From assembly GCA_963743525.1 (NCBI GenBank), contig CAVUQH010000004.1, forward strand, positions 576,001 to 640,000: 64,000 nt of DNA, written 5' to 3'. Origin of the DNA: an uncultured delta proteobacterium. Its GTDB lineage: Bacteria; Myxococcota_A; Polyangia; Haliangiales; Haliangiaceae. Positions 26,479 to 35,624 of this stretch are shown piece after piece. The stretch's first letter is position 1, and each line of letters begins with the position of its first letter. The notes under the pieces are model-generated. The model saw only the letters and a program-made list of their open reading frames with translations. It did not search any database and had not been told where the DNA came from. The position numbers were made by a program, and so were the translations under genes.

Positions 26479-26650
26479 CCGATGTGCATCCTCGGCGCAC
26501 GCTCAAACCCCGGACGGATCTCTCCCGATGTGCATCCTCGGCGCACGCTCAAACCCCGGACGGATCTCTCCCGCACGCTCAAACCCCGGACGGATCTCTC
26601 CCCGATGTGCATCCTCGGCGCACGCTCGAACCCCGGACGGATCTCTCCCC
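26479..26650 (+). repeat. Tandem 46-bp REP-like repeats (3 full copies + 1 partial)
   Basis: Unit ccgatgtgcatcctcggcgcacgctcaaaccccggacggatctctc at 26479, 26525, partial 26571, and 26602; no spacers. Confidence 0.92.
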
Positions 26651-26890
26651 AAAGCTGAGCGAGATACTTCTCAGAATCTGAGAAGCCGGGCGCCTCTCTA
26701 TTGCGTACCGGGATCACGAGTCATTCATGACTGGCCCGTTCATGTGGTGCGGCTCGTCGGTCATGTTCAGCGGCCAGTTCGTGTAGTACGACGAATGTAC
26801 GGGAACAATGTGAACTGCTCGCACAAATCATGCGCACAAGCTTCTGAAATGCCAAGGTTTGTCCGGGAAGAAGAACTTGCAGACGGTAAA

Positions 26891-27904
26891 TCACGGCTGA
26901 TAGAGCGCCGCCGAGTCGTTGAGCGCCTTGCGGACTCGATTCCGAAGCTCCTGAGGTTCAACCACACGCAGGTCACCGCCCCAGGAGAGCACCCAGCTCA
27001 CAACCTCACGAAGACTAGTGACCTCGAACTCAACGCGGACGCGCCCGGATGCGAGTTCTCGACTCGTCTGGGTTGGGTGCCACCTGCGCGTGGTGGCTTC
27101 CGTCCTGAGCCGTTTGGAGAACTCGACCACGACATGGTGGGTCTGAGTTCCTGAGATGATTCCGAAAGCACCGTCGAAGTAGTCGTCTAGCGAAAATGAT
27201 TCGGGGACCTCAAATGAGGTCTTTCGTTGGGCCTCCGCGCGGCGGAAGCGTTCAGCGGCGAAGACTCGGGCCGGGTCGTGCTCGCCGGTGCTGGAAACGC
27301 GAGCAGCAAGCACGTAGAGGCCGTTGCGGTAGAGGACCATTGCGTACGGCGCCATGGTGCCGGTGGACGTACGGCCGGAGACCTGGCGGTAGGTGAAGCG
27401 GACGAGGCGGCGGTGCAGGACACCGGTTTGCAGCCCGTCGAGGGCGTCCTCTTTGCCGATGTACTCCTTGATGCCGCCGTCGGGGCGGTAGGTGATGCAT
27501 TCGCCCAGGCGGGCGAGGTCGGCGCGTTCGCGGGCGGTGGATCGTTCGGTGAGCTTGTCGATGAGGCTGGCGATGTCTTCGGCGAAGGGGGTTCCTTTGA
27601 GGATGTCGAAGACGCCGCGGGCGGCGATCATGGTGAAGCGCTCGCGGGGGGTGGCGGCCATGCGAAGGGTGTCGGGGTCGAGGAGGCGAACGCGGGCTTT
27701 GCCATAGCGGCCCTCCTCTTGTTCGATGGATAGGCGCATGCCGGCGTCCTCGAGCGCGAGGAGATCGCGGCGGAGTTGGGAGCGGCTGACGCCGAGCTCG
27801 GCCTGGAGGTCGGCGAACGGGAGGCCACTTCGGCGGCCCTGGAGGCGGCGCAGGAGTCGGATGGCGCGGGCCAGTTGAGTCGGGGTGTTCTTGGGCTTGG
27901 GCAT
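26891..27904 (-). CDS. HTH-WYL-WCX transcriptional regulator
   Basis: N-terminal wHTH LQAELGVSRSQLRRDLLALE; WYL region VRFTY…PYAMVLYRNGLYVLA…RVFAAERF; WCX WVLSWGGDLRVVEPQELR. Confidence 0.92.
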   Translation of the reverse strand: MPKPKNTPTQLARAIRLLRRLQGRRSGLPFADLQAELGVSRSQLRRDLLALEDAGMRLSIEQEEGRYGKARVRLLDPDTLRMAATPRERFTMIAARGVFDILKGTPFAEDIASLIDKLTERSTARERADLARLGECITYRPDGGIKEYIGKEDALDGLQTGVLHRRLVRFTYRQVSGRTSTGTMAPYAMVLYRNGLYVLAARVSSTGEHDPARVFAAERFRRAEAQRKTSFEVPESFSLDDYFDGAFGIISGTQTHHVVVEFSKRLRTEATTRRWHPTQTSRELASGRVRVEFEVTSLREVVSWVLSWGGDLRVVEPQELRNRVRKALNDSAALYQP

Positions 27905-27930
27905 GCGGGCTCCGGGATGCGTGGGGTTTC

Positions 27931-27952
27931 GCTGACATATCAGGCTGTCCGC
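27931..27952. promoter_or_regulatory. Inverted-repeat operator candidate between WYL and the divergent operon
   Basis: GCTGACA-tatcaggc-TGTCCGC (6/7 symmetric, N8 spacer). Confidence 0.55.
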
Positions 27953-27998
27953 GAGATGAACAGGCTGGCGGCGATGGTGGCGGCACAAGGAGGAACGC

Positions 27999-28910
27999 AT
28001 GACCTACCCACTTGCTCACGACGAACACGGAATCCCTCTCGACATCCCGACCGGCACGTCTGGTTGGCTAGTGCGGCGCCACGGGGGCGGCCGGGGCCGG
28101 CCCGCTGCGGTCTATGACCCAGATGGGCGGCCGCTGGTGGTCGATCTGGATGCCACGGTGGCGGACTTGCGCAACGCGGGCTGCAAGCCGGGAAGCTATC
28201 GGCTGGACGCGGTGGACGGGCAGCGGAAGTTGCTCGGGGCCGCGGCGTACACGGAGCTGCAGGGCACGGGCGACCCGGGCGACGTGGAGACCACGGGCTC
28301 GGATGCGGCGGTGATGGCGCTGGCTCGGGCGGTGGAGGCGATGCAGCGGGTGCAGGCGGAGCGCGAACGGATGCAGTCCGAGATGTTCGCCAAGCTGATC
28401 GATCGGCTGACGCCGCCGGCGCCTGCGCAGCCGCAGGGGTTGCTGGACGCACTGGGGGAGTACACGGATGCGCAGAAGCTGATCCGGAACCTCGCGCCGG
28501 AGCCGGCGGAGGAGGCTGACGAGGCTGGTGGTTCTGATGGGTTGACGAAGCTAGCGACGGTCCTGGAGCAGATCGCGGCGGGGCTTCTGTCGGTGCCTGC
28601 GGTGAAGCAGAAGCTGGGGTTGAACCCGACGGCCGCGGAAACGGAGGCGGATGAGGACGAGGACCAGGGCGACGAGGACGAGCCGGCGAAGAGCCGGGCG
28701 GAGAAGCTGGCGGACGTGGTCGCGCTGCTGACGCCAGAGGAGGCGGACACGCTCGATCGGATGACTACGCAGATCCCGCCGGCCATGCTGCAGCGGGCGA
28801 TCGATGACCTGATCGCGATGCCTCCGGAGGCGGCGGCGGCCGAGATCAGGAAGCGGCTGAAAGGGCAGACGCAGCAGGCCGAGAAGGCGACGCAGAAGGG
28901 AGCTGCGTGA
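27999..28910 (+). CDS. Hypothetical island protein (globular N-terminus, acidic helical C-terminus)
   Basis: Strong RBS AAGGAGGA; 303-aa ORF heading the operon to xis/int. Confidence 0.85.
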   Translation: MTYPLAHDEHGIPLDIPTGTSGWLVRRHGGGRGRPAAVYDPDGRPLVVDLDATVADLRNAGCKPGSYRLDAVDGQRKLLGAAAYTELQGTGDPGDVETTGSDAAVMALARAVEAMQRVQAERERMQSEMFAKLIDRLTPPAPAQPQGLLDALGEYTDAQKLIRNLAPEPAEEADEAGGSDGLTKLATVLEQIAAGLLSVPAVKQKLGLNPTAAETEADEDEDQGDEDEPAKSRAEKLADVVALLTPEEADTLDRMTTQIPPAMLQRAIDDLIAMPPEAAAAEIRKRLKGQTQQAEKATQKGAA

Positions 28911-29176
28911 TGGCGCGGCGACGGCGGGTGGCGCGGGATCTATTGGCGTCAGCGCTGGGTGGCGCGATCGGGGCGCTGGTCACGCGTCTGCTGGCGCGGG
29001 CCGGGCTCAGCGGGGAACGGGCGGCGATCGGTGTCACGGTTGCGGGTGGGGTGGCTGCGGTGTTCACCACGGGCTCCGTGCAGACGGCGGCGGCGGGCGC
29101 GGCGGCAGCGGGTGCCGGGCAGTTGGGCATCATCTGGTTCGCGGCGCTGCAGAAGCGCAAAGCCGAAACGGCCTGA
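28907..29176 (+). CDS. Small Gly/Ala-rich membrane protein
   Basis: GTGA overlap with upstream gene; glycine-zipper-like hydrophobic helices. Confidence 0.75.
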   Translation: MMARRRRVARDLLASALGGAIGALVTRLLARAGLSGERAAIGVTVAGGVAAVFTTGSVQTAAAGAAAAGAGQLGIIWFAALQKRKAETA

Positions 29177-29178
29177 CG

Positions 29179-29739
29179 ATGGCCGGCGACGTGGCGAACG
29201 ACAACCTGCCGATCGCCGAGCCGTATCTCACGACGCGGGAAGCGGCGCGGTATCTGCGCTACGGGTCAGCGTCCGGTATTCGGACACTGGTGTCTCGGGG
29301 CGAGCTGGCGATCGCGGGGGTCGGAGCTCGGGGCGTGCTGCTGTTTGCCAGGTCCGAGCTTGACGCTTTCATCGAACGGCGGGCACGCTCGCGGATGAGA
29401 CGGCTGGCGCGCCACGAAAGGACATCCATCCATGACGCGCTACCGAGGAATCACGAAGGTAGGCAAGAACAAGTATCGGGTGCGGGCTCGTCGCCTGGAT
29501 CCGAGGACGGGGAAAGAGAAGGAGGTGAGACGAACGTTCGAAGGAACGGTTCGCGAAGCCCTGGCGTTTCAGCAGGAGCTTCGCGAGGAGGTGACCGCCG
29601 CGCACGAGGCGGCGCCGCGGATGACCCTTACGGGCTACGTGAAATCGTGGCTCGCCATCAAGGTGACTCAGATCAAGCCGTCCACGACGGCGAAGTACGT
29701 GAACGATCTGGAGAACCACATCCTGCCCGTGCTGGGTGA
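29179..29739 (+). CDS. Excisionase-like HTH protein (recombination directionality factor)
   Basis: YLTTREAARYLRY.S..GIRTLVSRGEL…LLFARSELDAFI; C-terminal extension overlaps the integrase. Confidence 0.8.
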   Translation: MAGDVANDNLPIAEPYLTTREAARYLRYGSASGIRTLVSRGELAIAGVGARGVLLFARSELDAFIERRARSRMRRLARHERTSIHDALPRNHEGRQEQVSGAGSSPGSEDGEREGGETNVRRNGSRSPGVSAGASRGGDRRARGGAADDPYGLREIVARHQGDSDQAVHDGEVRERSGEPHPARAG

Positions 29740-30595
29740 GGTCTACATCGATCGGCTTCGGCCGTCGGATGTGGCCAAGTTCGTCGCCCGGCAATCGTCC
29801 GAGCACGCCGGCTGGTCAGTCACCAATCGGCTGCGTCTGCTTCGGCAGATTTCGAAGGACGCACTGGCGGAGGGATTGATCGAGCGCGACTTCTGCGCTC
29901 GCATCAAGCCGCCGCCGTGTCGTGGGTACTCCGAAGATGATCCGAATCTTCTGTCGGCTGAGGATCTGGATACGCTCATTGCCGAGATCCCGGAGCAGTG
30001 GCGGGCGCTCATCATCACGATGGCGTTCACCGGGCTGCGCTGGGGCGAGGCCAGCGGGCTGAAATGGGAGGACATCGACGAGGACGCGCAGATGATCGCG
30101 GTCCGTCGCACCAACTGGAAAGGCTCACCGGTGGCGCCCAAGACGAAGACGTCGCGGCGCAAGGTGCCGGCCAACCCCGAGGTGCTGGCGGCGCTGCGGG
30201 TGCATCGGCGGCGGATGGTGGAGAGTCAGCATCCGGGGCTCCGTGCGGGCTGGGTGTTTCCCAGCAAGCACGGCGAGCTGTACAAGGGCACGCCGCTTCG
30301 GCGGGTGCTGAACCATGCCCTGGATGCGGCGGGGATCGACAAGCGGCTGACCGCGCACGGGCTGCGCCGGACCTTCAATGATCTGGTCCGGCGGGTGGCG
30401 TCGCGGGTGGTGGTGAAGTCGATCACCGGGCACACGACGGACCAGATGCTGGAGCACTACTCGATGGTCAACGCGGCGGAAAAGAAAGCCGCAAGTCTGG
30501 GCGTGCTGCGTCTGGTGAAAGGGTCGGCGACCGAAACGGGTCACCAAACGGGTCAGGCCCCGAGCGGCGACTCGGGGCCTGTCGAGAACTGTTGA
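29432..30595 (+). CDS. int: Tyrosine recombinase / phage-type integrase
   Basis: TGLRWGE (R), PKT (K), HGLRRT (HxxR), TGH, HYS (Y); N-terminal arm-binding and SAM-like regions; adjacent to tRNA. Confidence 0.96.
   Translation: MTRYRGITKVGKNKYRVRARRLDPRTGKEKEVRRTFEGTVREALAFQQELREEVTAAHEAAPRMTLTGYVKSWLAIKVTQIKPSTTAKYVNDLENHILPVLGEVYIDRLRPSDVAKFVARQSSEHAGWSVTNRLRLLRQISKDALAEGLIERDFCARIKPPPCRGYSEDDPNLLSAEDLDTLIAEIPEQWRALIITMAFTGLRWGEASGLKWEDIDEDAQMIAVRRTNWKGSPVAPKTKTSRRKVPANPEVLAALRVHRRRMVESQHPGLRAGWVFPSKHGELYKGTPLRRVLNHALDAAGIDKRLTAHGLRRTFNDLVRRVASRVVVKSITGHTTDQMLEHYSMVNAAEKKAASLGVLRLVKGSATETGHQTGQAPSGDSGPVENC
30555..30580 (-). terminator. Element-supplied hairpin downstream of tRNA-Cys (within the int 3' end)
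   Basis: aggccccgag-cggcga-ctcggggcct 10-bp stem. Confidence 0.55.
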
Positions 30596-30602
30596 GAATT
30601 CT

Positions 30603-30676
<74 letters not shown>

Positions 30677-30808
30677 CGAGCGAAGCTCGCGGCCCGAAGG
30701 ATTACCCCATCCGACGGGGCGCCGCAAGACGCTTCTTGCTGCAAAATCGCCGAGATCGGGGCGTCTCGGAGGCATCTGAGGGGCTGCCTGGCTTAGGATC
30801 GGACGGGG

Positions 30809-31900
30809 ATGGAGGTCGAGACGTTCCGCTGCACCACGTGCGGTGCGCCGCTCGAGGTCGGCGATGCCGCGGGCCCGGTGCGTTGCGCCTATTGCGGGAC
30901 CGGGCACCGGCTGGTGGACCGCACCGCCGATACGGCCGGGCGTCTGCAAAAGGACCGTCGGCTGGGCGCGGTGTTCGGGCCGTATCTGTTCATGCCGGCG
31001 CTCGGGTTTGCGGCGGCGCTGGCGGCACACGATCTGTGGTGGTCGTCGTACGACGGCTATCCGTCGGTGGCGCTCGGGGTGATGGGGTTGATCGCCACGT
31101 TCGCCGGCTTTCGCATGTCGGGCGCGCTGGTCCTGGCGCTCACCGGGTTGGCGACGGCGATCAAGCCGTGGGTCAGGCCGATTCCCGGCTACGACGGCCA
31201 CTGGTTCAGCCCGACGTCGGAGACGGGTTTCTACTATCTGGTGCCCGGGGTGATCGCGGTGGCGGTGGCGCTGCTGGTGCTGGCCAGCCTGCGCATCCGC
31301 GAGGTCGGGCCGGCGCTGCGGGCACTGCGACCGCGGATCTCGGTGGCGGTGGCGCTGCTGGTGGGCGCGGCCGGTGGATGGTTCTTCGTCCATCCGACCA
31401 ACGCCGAGCTGGTCGAGCCGCATCGCGCCGCGATCCACAGCCTGCAGCAGCTGGCGCGCGAGGCGTGCGTGGCGCCGCTGGGCGCGGCCTCCGACCCGGT
31501 GGCGCTGGCACCGCCGCCCCGCTACCAGCGCTACGCCGACGGCAACGCGATGATTGCGTCGTGCGCGGCCTTCGACGATCCGTACGGGGTCAACCGCGAT
31601 CCACTGTATCTCGACGACCGGGCCAACGAGCTGTTCTCGCTGATCGGCGATCGACACGTCCGCCGGATGCAGTTCAGCGCCAACGACCGGACGCGCCGGC
31701 TGGTGGCGGCGTTCGGGCGGCTGCGCTGGCTGGTCGCCTATCGCATGAGCGACGACGGCGTGGTCGCCGCGGTGCTGGATATCCGCGCCGGTCACCTGGT
31801 CGGTGTGGCGACGGCACCGCCGGGCCGGCCGGCCGACACACGCAAAGCGCTGCTGGCCAACCTGGCCAAGCTGACGGGCGGCAGCTTCTCGACCCGCTGA
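30809..31900 (+). CDS. Zinc-ribbon membrane protein
   Basis: CTTCGAPL…CAYCG then several TM segments. Confidence 0.75.
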   Translation: MEVETFRCTTCGAPLEVGDAAGPVRCAYCGTGHRLVDRTADTAGRLQKDRRLGAVFGPYLFMPALGFAAALAAHDLWWSSYDGYPSVALGVMGLIATFAGFRMSGALVLALTGLATAIKPWVRPIPGYDGHWFSPTSETGFYYLVPGVIAVAVALLVLASLRIREVGPALRALRPRISVAVALLVGAAGGWFFVHPTNAELVEPHRAAIHSLQQLAREACVAPLGAASDPVALAPPPRYQRYADGNAMIASCAAFDDPYGVNRDPLYLDDRANELFSLIGDRHVRRMQFSANDRTRRLVAAFGRLRWLVAYRMSDDGVVAAVLDIRAGHLVGVATAPPGRPADTRKALLANLAKLTGGSFSTR

Positions 31901-33337
31901 CTACAAGAGCGGCGACAACAGGCGCGCAAACGCCATACCCAGGCGCTTGCCGTAGCCCCATTGCGCGACCGCCTCCGCGGTGATCTCGCGGGAAAAGCGC
32001 AGGTCGTCGATGAACTGCCGGCCCAGCTCGCGGGTGAACTCGCCACCATAGACGATGGCGTTGACCTCGAAGTTGAGCTTGAAGCTGCGGATGTCCATGT
32101 TGGCCGAGCCGATGGTGCCGACCCAGTCGTCGACCACCAGGGTCTTGGCGTGGACGAAGCCGCGCTCGTACTCGAAGATGCGCACGCCGGCCTGCAGCAG
32201 GCGCCAGTAGTAGGAGCGCGACGCCAGGCTGATCACCGGCACGTCGGACTTGAACGGCACCAGCAGGCGGACGTCAACGCCGCGCAGCGCCGCCGCGATC
32301 AGCGACTCCTCGATGACCGGGTCGGGGACGAAGTAGGGACTGGTCACCCACACCCGCTTGCGCGACAGCGCGATCGCCTGGAAGAAGATCTGGTGCACCG
32401 ACGACCACTGGCGGTCGGGGCCGGAGTCGACGATGTCGACCAGCTGGTTGCCGCAGCGGAACGGAAAGTCGGGGTAGTAGCGCAGGTCCTCGAGCACTTC
32501 ACCGGTGGTGAGCAGCCAGTCCTCGGCAAAGATCTGTTGCAGCGACAGCACCGCCGGTCCCTCGATCAGGATGTGCGAGTCGCGCCACTTGCCGATGTCG
32601 GGGTCGAGGCCCAGGTACTCCTTGCCCACGTTGATGCCGCCGGTCAGACCGACGCGGCCGTCGAAGACGACGATCTTGCGGTGGTTGCGGAAGTCGACCC
32701 GGTCGCGGCGGCGCAGGCGGAAGCGGATCGGGTTGAACACCGCGGTCTTGCCCCCGGCCTCGTGCAGCGGCTCCCAGAAGTCGCGGCCCAGCTTGTTGGA
32801 GCCGACGGCGTCGTACAGCACGCGGACCGGCAGGCCGTCGGCGGCGCGGCGAACCAGACGGTCGCGCAGCTGCTGGCCGATGCGATCGGGCTGGATGATG
32901 TAGTACTCGACGTGGATGTGGTCGGTGGCGCGATCGATGCCCTCGAGCAGATCGCGGTAGGTCTTGGCCGCGTTGTCGAGGATGACGCAGTGGTTGCCGA
33001 AGCTGGCCGGCAGGCTGGTCACGCTCTGGCCCAGCGCCACCAGCGCGTGGGTGCTGGGATCGAGGTCGGGAAAGGCGCCGTGCTCGCGCATACGCCCCTC
33101 GACCGCGTGCTGCGACAGCACCGAGTCGAGGCGCTCGGCCACCGCCTGGCTGCGCTTGCGCAGGCGATGGGCCTTGGTGGCGCCGAGCAGGAAGTAGAAG
33201 AGGACGCCGATGAGCGGCAGGAACAAGAGCACCAGCAGCCACGCCAGGGTGGCCGTGGGGGCGCGCCGCTCGGTCAGAAGGAAACCAAAGATGACGAACA
33301 GATCCGCGGCTGCCAGGCCGATCCACACCCACGTCAT
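31901..33337 (-). CDS. cls: Cardiolipin synthase
   Basis: Two N-terminal TMs (TLAWLL..LFLP..G), two HKD motifs NHRKIVVFDG and HAKTLVVDD. Confidence 0.95.
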   Translation of the reverse strand: MTWVWIGLAAADLFVIFGFLLTERRAPTATLAWLLVLLFLPLIGVLFYFLLGATKAHRLRKRSQAVAERLDSVLSQHAVEGRMREHGAFPDLDPSTHALVALGQSVTSLPASFGNHCVILDNAAKTYRDLLEGIDRATDHIHVEYYIIQPDRIGQQLRDRLVRRAADGLPVRVLYDAVGSNKLGRDFWEPLHEAGGKTAVFNPIRFRLRRRDRVDFRNHRKIVVFDGRVGLTGGINVGKEYLGLDPDIGKWRDSHILIEGPAVLSLQQIFAEDWLLTTGEVLEDLRYYPDFPFRCGNQLVDIVDSGPDRQWSSVHQIFFQAIALSRKRVWVTSPYFVPDPVIEESLIAAALRGVDVRLLVPFKSDVPVISLASRSYYWRLLQAGVRIFEYERGFVHAKTLVVDDWVGTIGSANMDIRSFKLNFEVNAIVYGGEFTRELGRQFIDDLRFSREITAEAVAQWGYGKRLGMAFARLLSPLL

Positions 33338-33487
33338 CGGCGCGGATATTACCCGGGGCAGGCCCTCTCTGCGACGCACGGCGAGCGTGATACGGTCTGC
33401 AAAGATGAATTCTGGACCGCGTGGGGCGGTCCAACCGGGCGTCGCGGCGGTCGTGCGCCCACCGGCCGCCCCGGCTGAAGAAGGACC

Positions 33488-35605
33488 ATGATAGTGCGCA
33501 TTTCGACCATGGCCGGCGTGGCGCTGGCCGCTCTGGTGGCGTTCCCGGCGATCGCCGGCGCTCAGGTGACGACACGGGATCACCGCAAGAAGCGCCCGGT
33601 CGCGACGATTCACGCCACCGGGTTTTCGCCCGCGAGCGGCCCGGTGGGCACGCCGGTGTTGATCCGCGGCAGCGGCTTCGATCCCGACACCCGGGTGATC
33701 TTCGGCGACACCCAGGTCCGGCCGGAGAAGGTCACGCCGCAGGAGCTGCGGGTGCGCGTGCCGCGCGAGTTCGGCGACGGCACCATCGTCCTGCGCCAGC
33801 CGGGCGTCGGCCACGACATCACGGTCGGTCAGTTTGCGGTCGAGCTGCCACTGGCGGTGACCGGATTCGCCCCGGCATCGGGCGTGCCGGGCACGCGCGT
33901 GGTCATTCGTGGCTCGGGCTTCCACAGCGGCGTCGCCGCCACCGTCGGCGGCGCAGCGCTGCCGATCATCCGCGTGTCGCCGACGCGCATCGTCGCCGCC
34001 ATCCCGCCGGGCGCGGCCAGCGGACCGATCGCCGTGAGCTCGGGCACGACGTCGGCACGCGCACCGCGTCGGTTCCAGGTGCTGTCGCTGGCGCCGGCGA
34101 TCACCGGCTTCGCACCCGATCACGGGCCGCCGGGTACGCGCGTGACCATTCGCGGGCAGAACTTCGGCGCCCAGGCCACGGTTCGCTACGGCCATCAACC
34201 GGTGCAGGTGATCGCGCGCTCGGCCGACTCGATCGACGTGACCATTCCCACCGGGGCCGACGGCAGCGACTACCTCTACGTCTCCACCAGCGGTGGCGAA
34301 GCGCGGGCGCCGTCGCGCTTCCACCTCGATCCGGTGCCGCTGATCGCGCGCTTCACGCCGCGGCGCGGGATCGCGGGCTCGCGGGTCAACATCGTCGGCA
34401 GCGACTTCCGCGCCGGCGACCGGTTCTCGCTCGACGGCCAGCCGATGCGCATTCTCCAGCTGCGGCCGCGCCGGGTCAGCGCGGTGATCCCCAGCGGCGC
34501 GCGCTCGGCGCCGATCGTGGTCGACCGCCGCGGCTACCGGGCGACGTCGACCGACACCTTCGAAGTCATCCAGCCGCCGGCCATCGTCTCGTTCCAGCCG
34601 ATGGAGGGGCCGCCGGGCACCCGCGTCGTCGTCATCGGCGACGACTTTGGCGCCGACGCCGAGCTGTACTACGGCAAGGACCGGATGCACGCCGATCTCG
34701 GACGGTCCAACGGCCACGACCAGCTGGCCTTTGCCGTCCCCGCCGACGCCACTGACCAGTACATCACCGTGCGTACCGACGGCGGCGACGATCGCACCGA
34801 CCAGCCGTTCCACGTGCAGAACTACCCGCAGGTGACGACCCTGACCCCGACGCGAACGGTATCCGGCTCGCGCGTCGAGCTTCGCGGCGATCACCTCGAC
34901 CAGGTCGACCAGGTGCTGGTCGGGCGGCAATCCCTGCGCGTGGTCGAGCGCGACCGCCACCACCTGGCCGTCGACGTCCCCGCCGGCACGCGCTCGGGTC
35001 CGGTGTCGCTGGTCGCTTTCGGCCAGAGCTTCGATCCCCGCCGCAAGCTGGACGTCTTCGACCCGCCGGTGATCCGCAAGATCGAGCCCCACGTCGGCGT
35101 CCCCGGCACCGAGGTCGTGATCACCGGCCACAACCTGACCGCCGACACCCACTTCTTCCTCGCCCGTGTGGAGCTGCCGGTGCTGCGCCGGGACAGCGAC
35201 AACATCGTCACCGTGCTGATTCCCCGCAACGCCCGCGGCGCCGCGCAGATCGTCGCCACCAACGGCAACGTCCAGGCCGCCTCCAGGCAGACCTTCACCA
35301 TGCTGCCGCCGCCGCAGCTGCACTCGATCACACCGCGCGCCGTGCAACCGGGCGCCCGCGTCACCGTCCGCGGCCGCAACCTGCCGCCGGTGATCGAGGT
35401 GGTGTGGAACGGCCGCATCCTGCCGCTGGTCTCACGCCAGCGCGATCACCAGATCGTCCTGCGCATCCCCGACGAAACGCCGCCGGGCAAGGGCCGCCTG
35501 ATCCTGCGCACCCACGGCATCGGCATCGCCCGCTCGCGCGTCAACCTGGTGGTGCAACCGCCGGCGCCCGACGTCAAGGTCAAGGACCACCGCAAGCACC
35601 GGTAG
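33488..35605 (+). CDS. Secreted multi-IPT/TIG domain protein
   Basis: Signal peptide; about 8 repeats of 'ITGF.P..G.PGTRV.I.G..F'. Confidence 0.9.
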   Translation: MIVRISTMAGVALAALVAFPAIAGAQVTTRDHRKKRPVATIHATGFSPASGPVGTPVLIRGSGFDPDTRVIFGDTQVRPEKVTPQELRVRVPREFGDGTIVLRQPGVGHDITVGQFAVELPLAVTGFAPASGVPGTRVVIRGSGFHSGVAATVGGAALPIIRVSPTRIVAAIPPGAASGPIAVSSGTTSARAPRRFQVLSLAPAITGFAPDHGPPGTRVTIRGQNFGAQATVRYGHQPVQVIARSADSIDVTIPTGADGSDYLYVSTSGGEARAPSRFHLDPVPLIARFTPRRGIAGSRVNIVGSDFRAGDRFSLDGQPMRILQLRPRRVSAVIPSGARSAPIVVDRRGYRATSTDTFEVIQPPAIVSFQPMEGPPGTRVVVIGDDFGADAELYYGKDRMHADLGRSNGHDQLAFAVPADATDQYITVRTDGGDDRTDQPFHVQNYPQVTTLTPTRTVSGSRVELRGDHLDQVDQVLVGRQSLRVVERDRHHLAVDVPAGTRSGPVSLVAFGQSFDPRRKLDVFDPPVIRKIEPHVGVPGTEVVITGHNLTADTHFFLARVELPVLRRDSDNIVTVLIPRNARGAAQIVATNGNVQAASRQTFTMLPPPQLHSITPRAVQPGARVTVRGRNLPPVIEVVWNGRILPLVSRQRDHQIVLRIPDETPPGKGRLILRTHGIGIARSRVNLVVQPPAPDVKVKDHRKHR

Positions 35606-35624
35606 CGCCGCGCTGCCCGAAGGA

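Noticed and set aside
26479..26650. CRISPR array
   Set aside because: Units are head-to-tail with no unique spacers and there are no cas genes; better explained as RAYT-associated repeats
33338..35347. N-terminal extension of cls (1148-aa ORF)
   Set aside because: Antisense shadow of the IPT/TIG gene; cls homology starts at 33337
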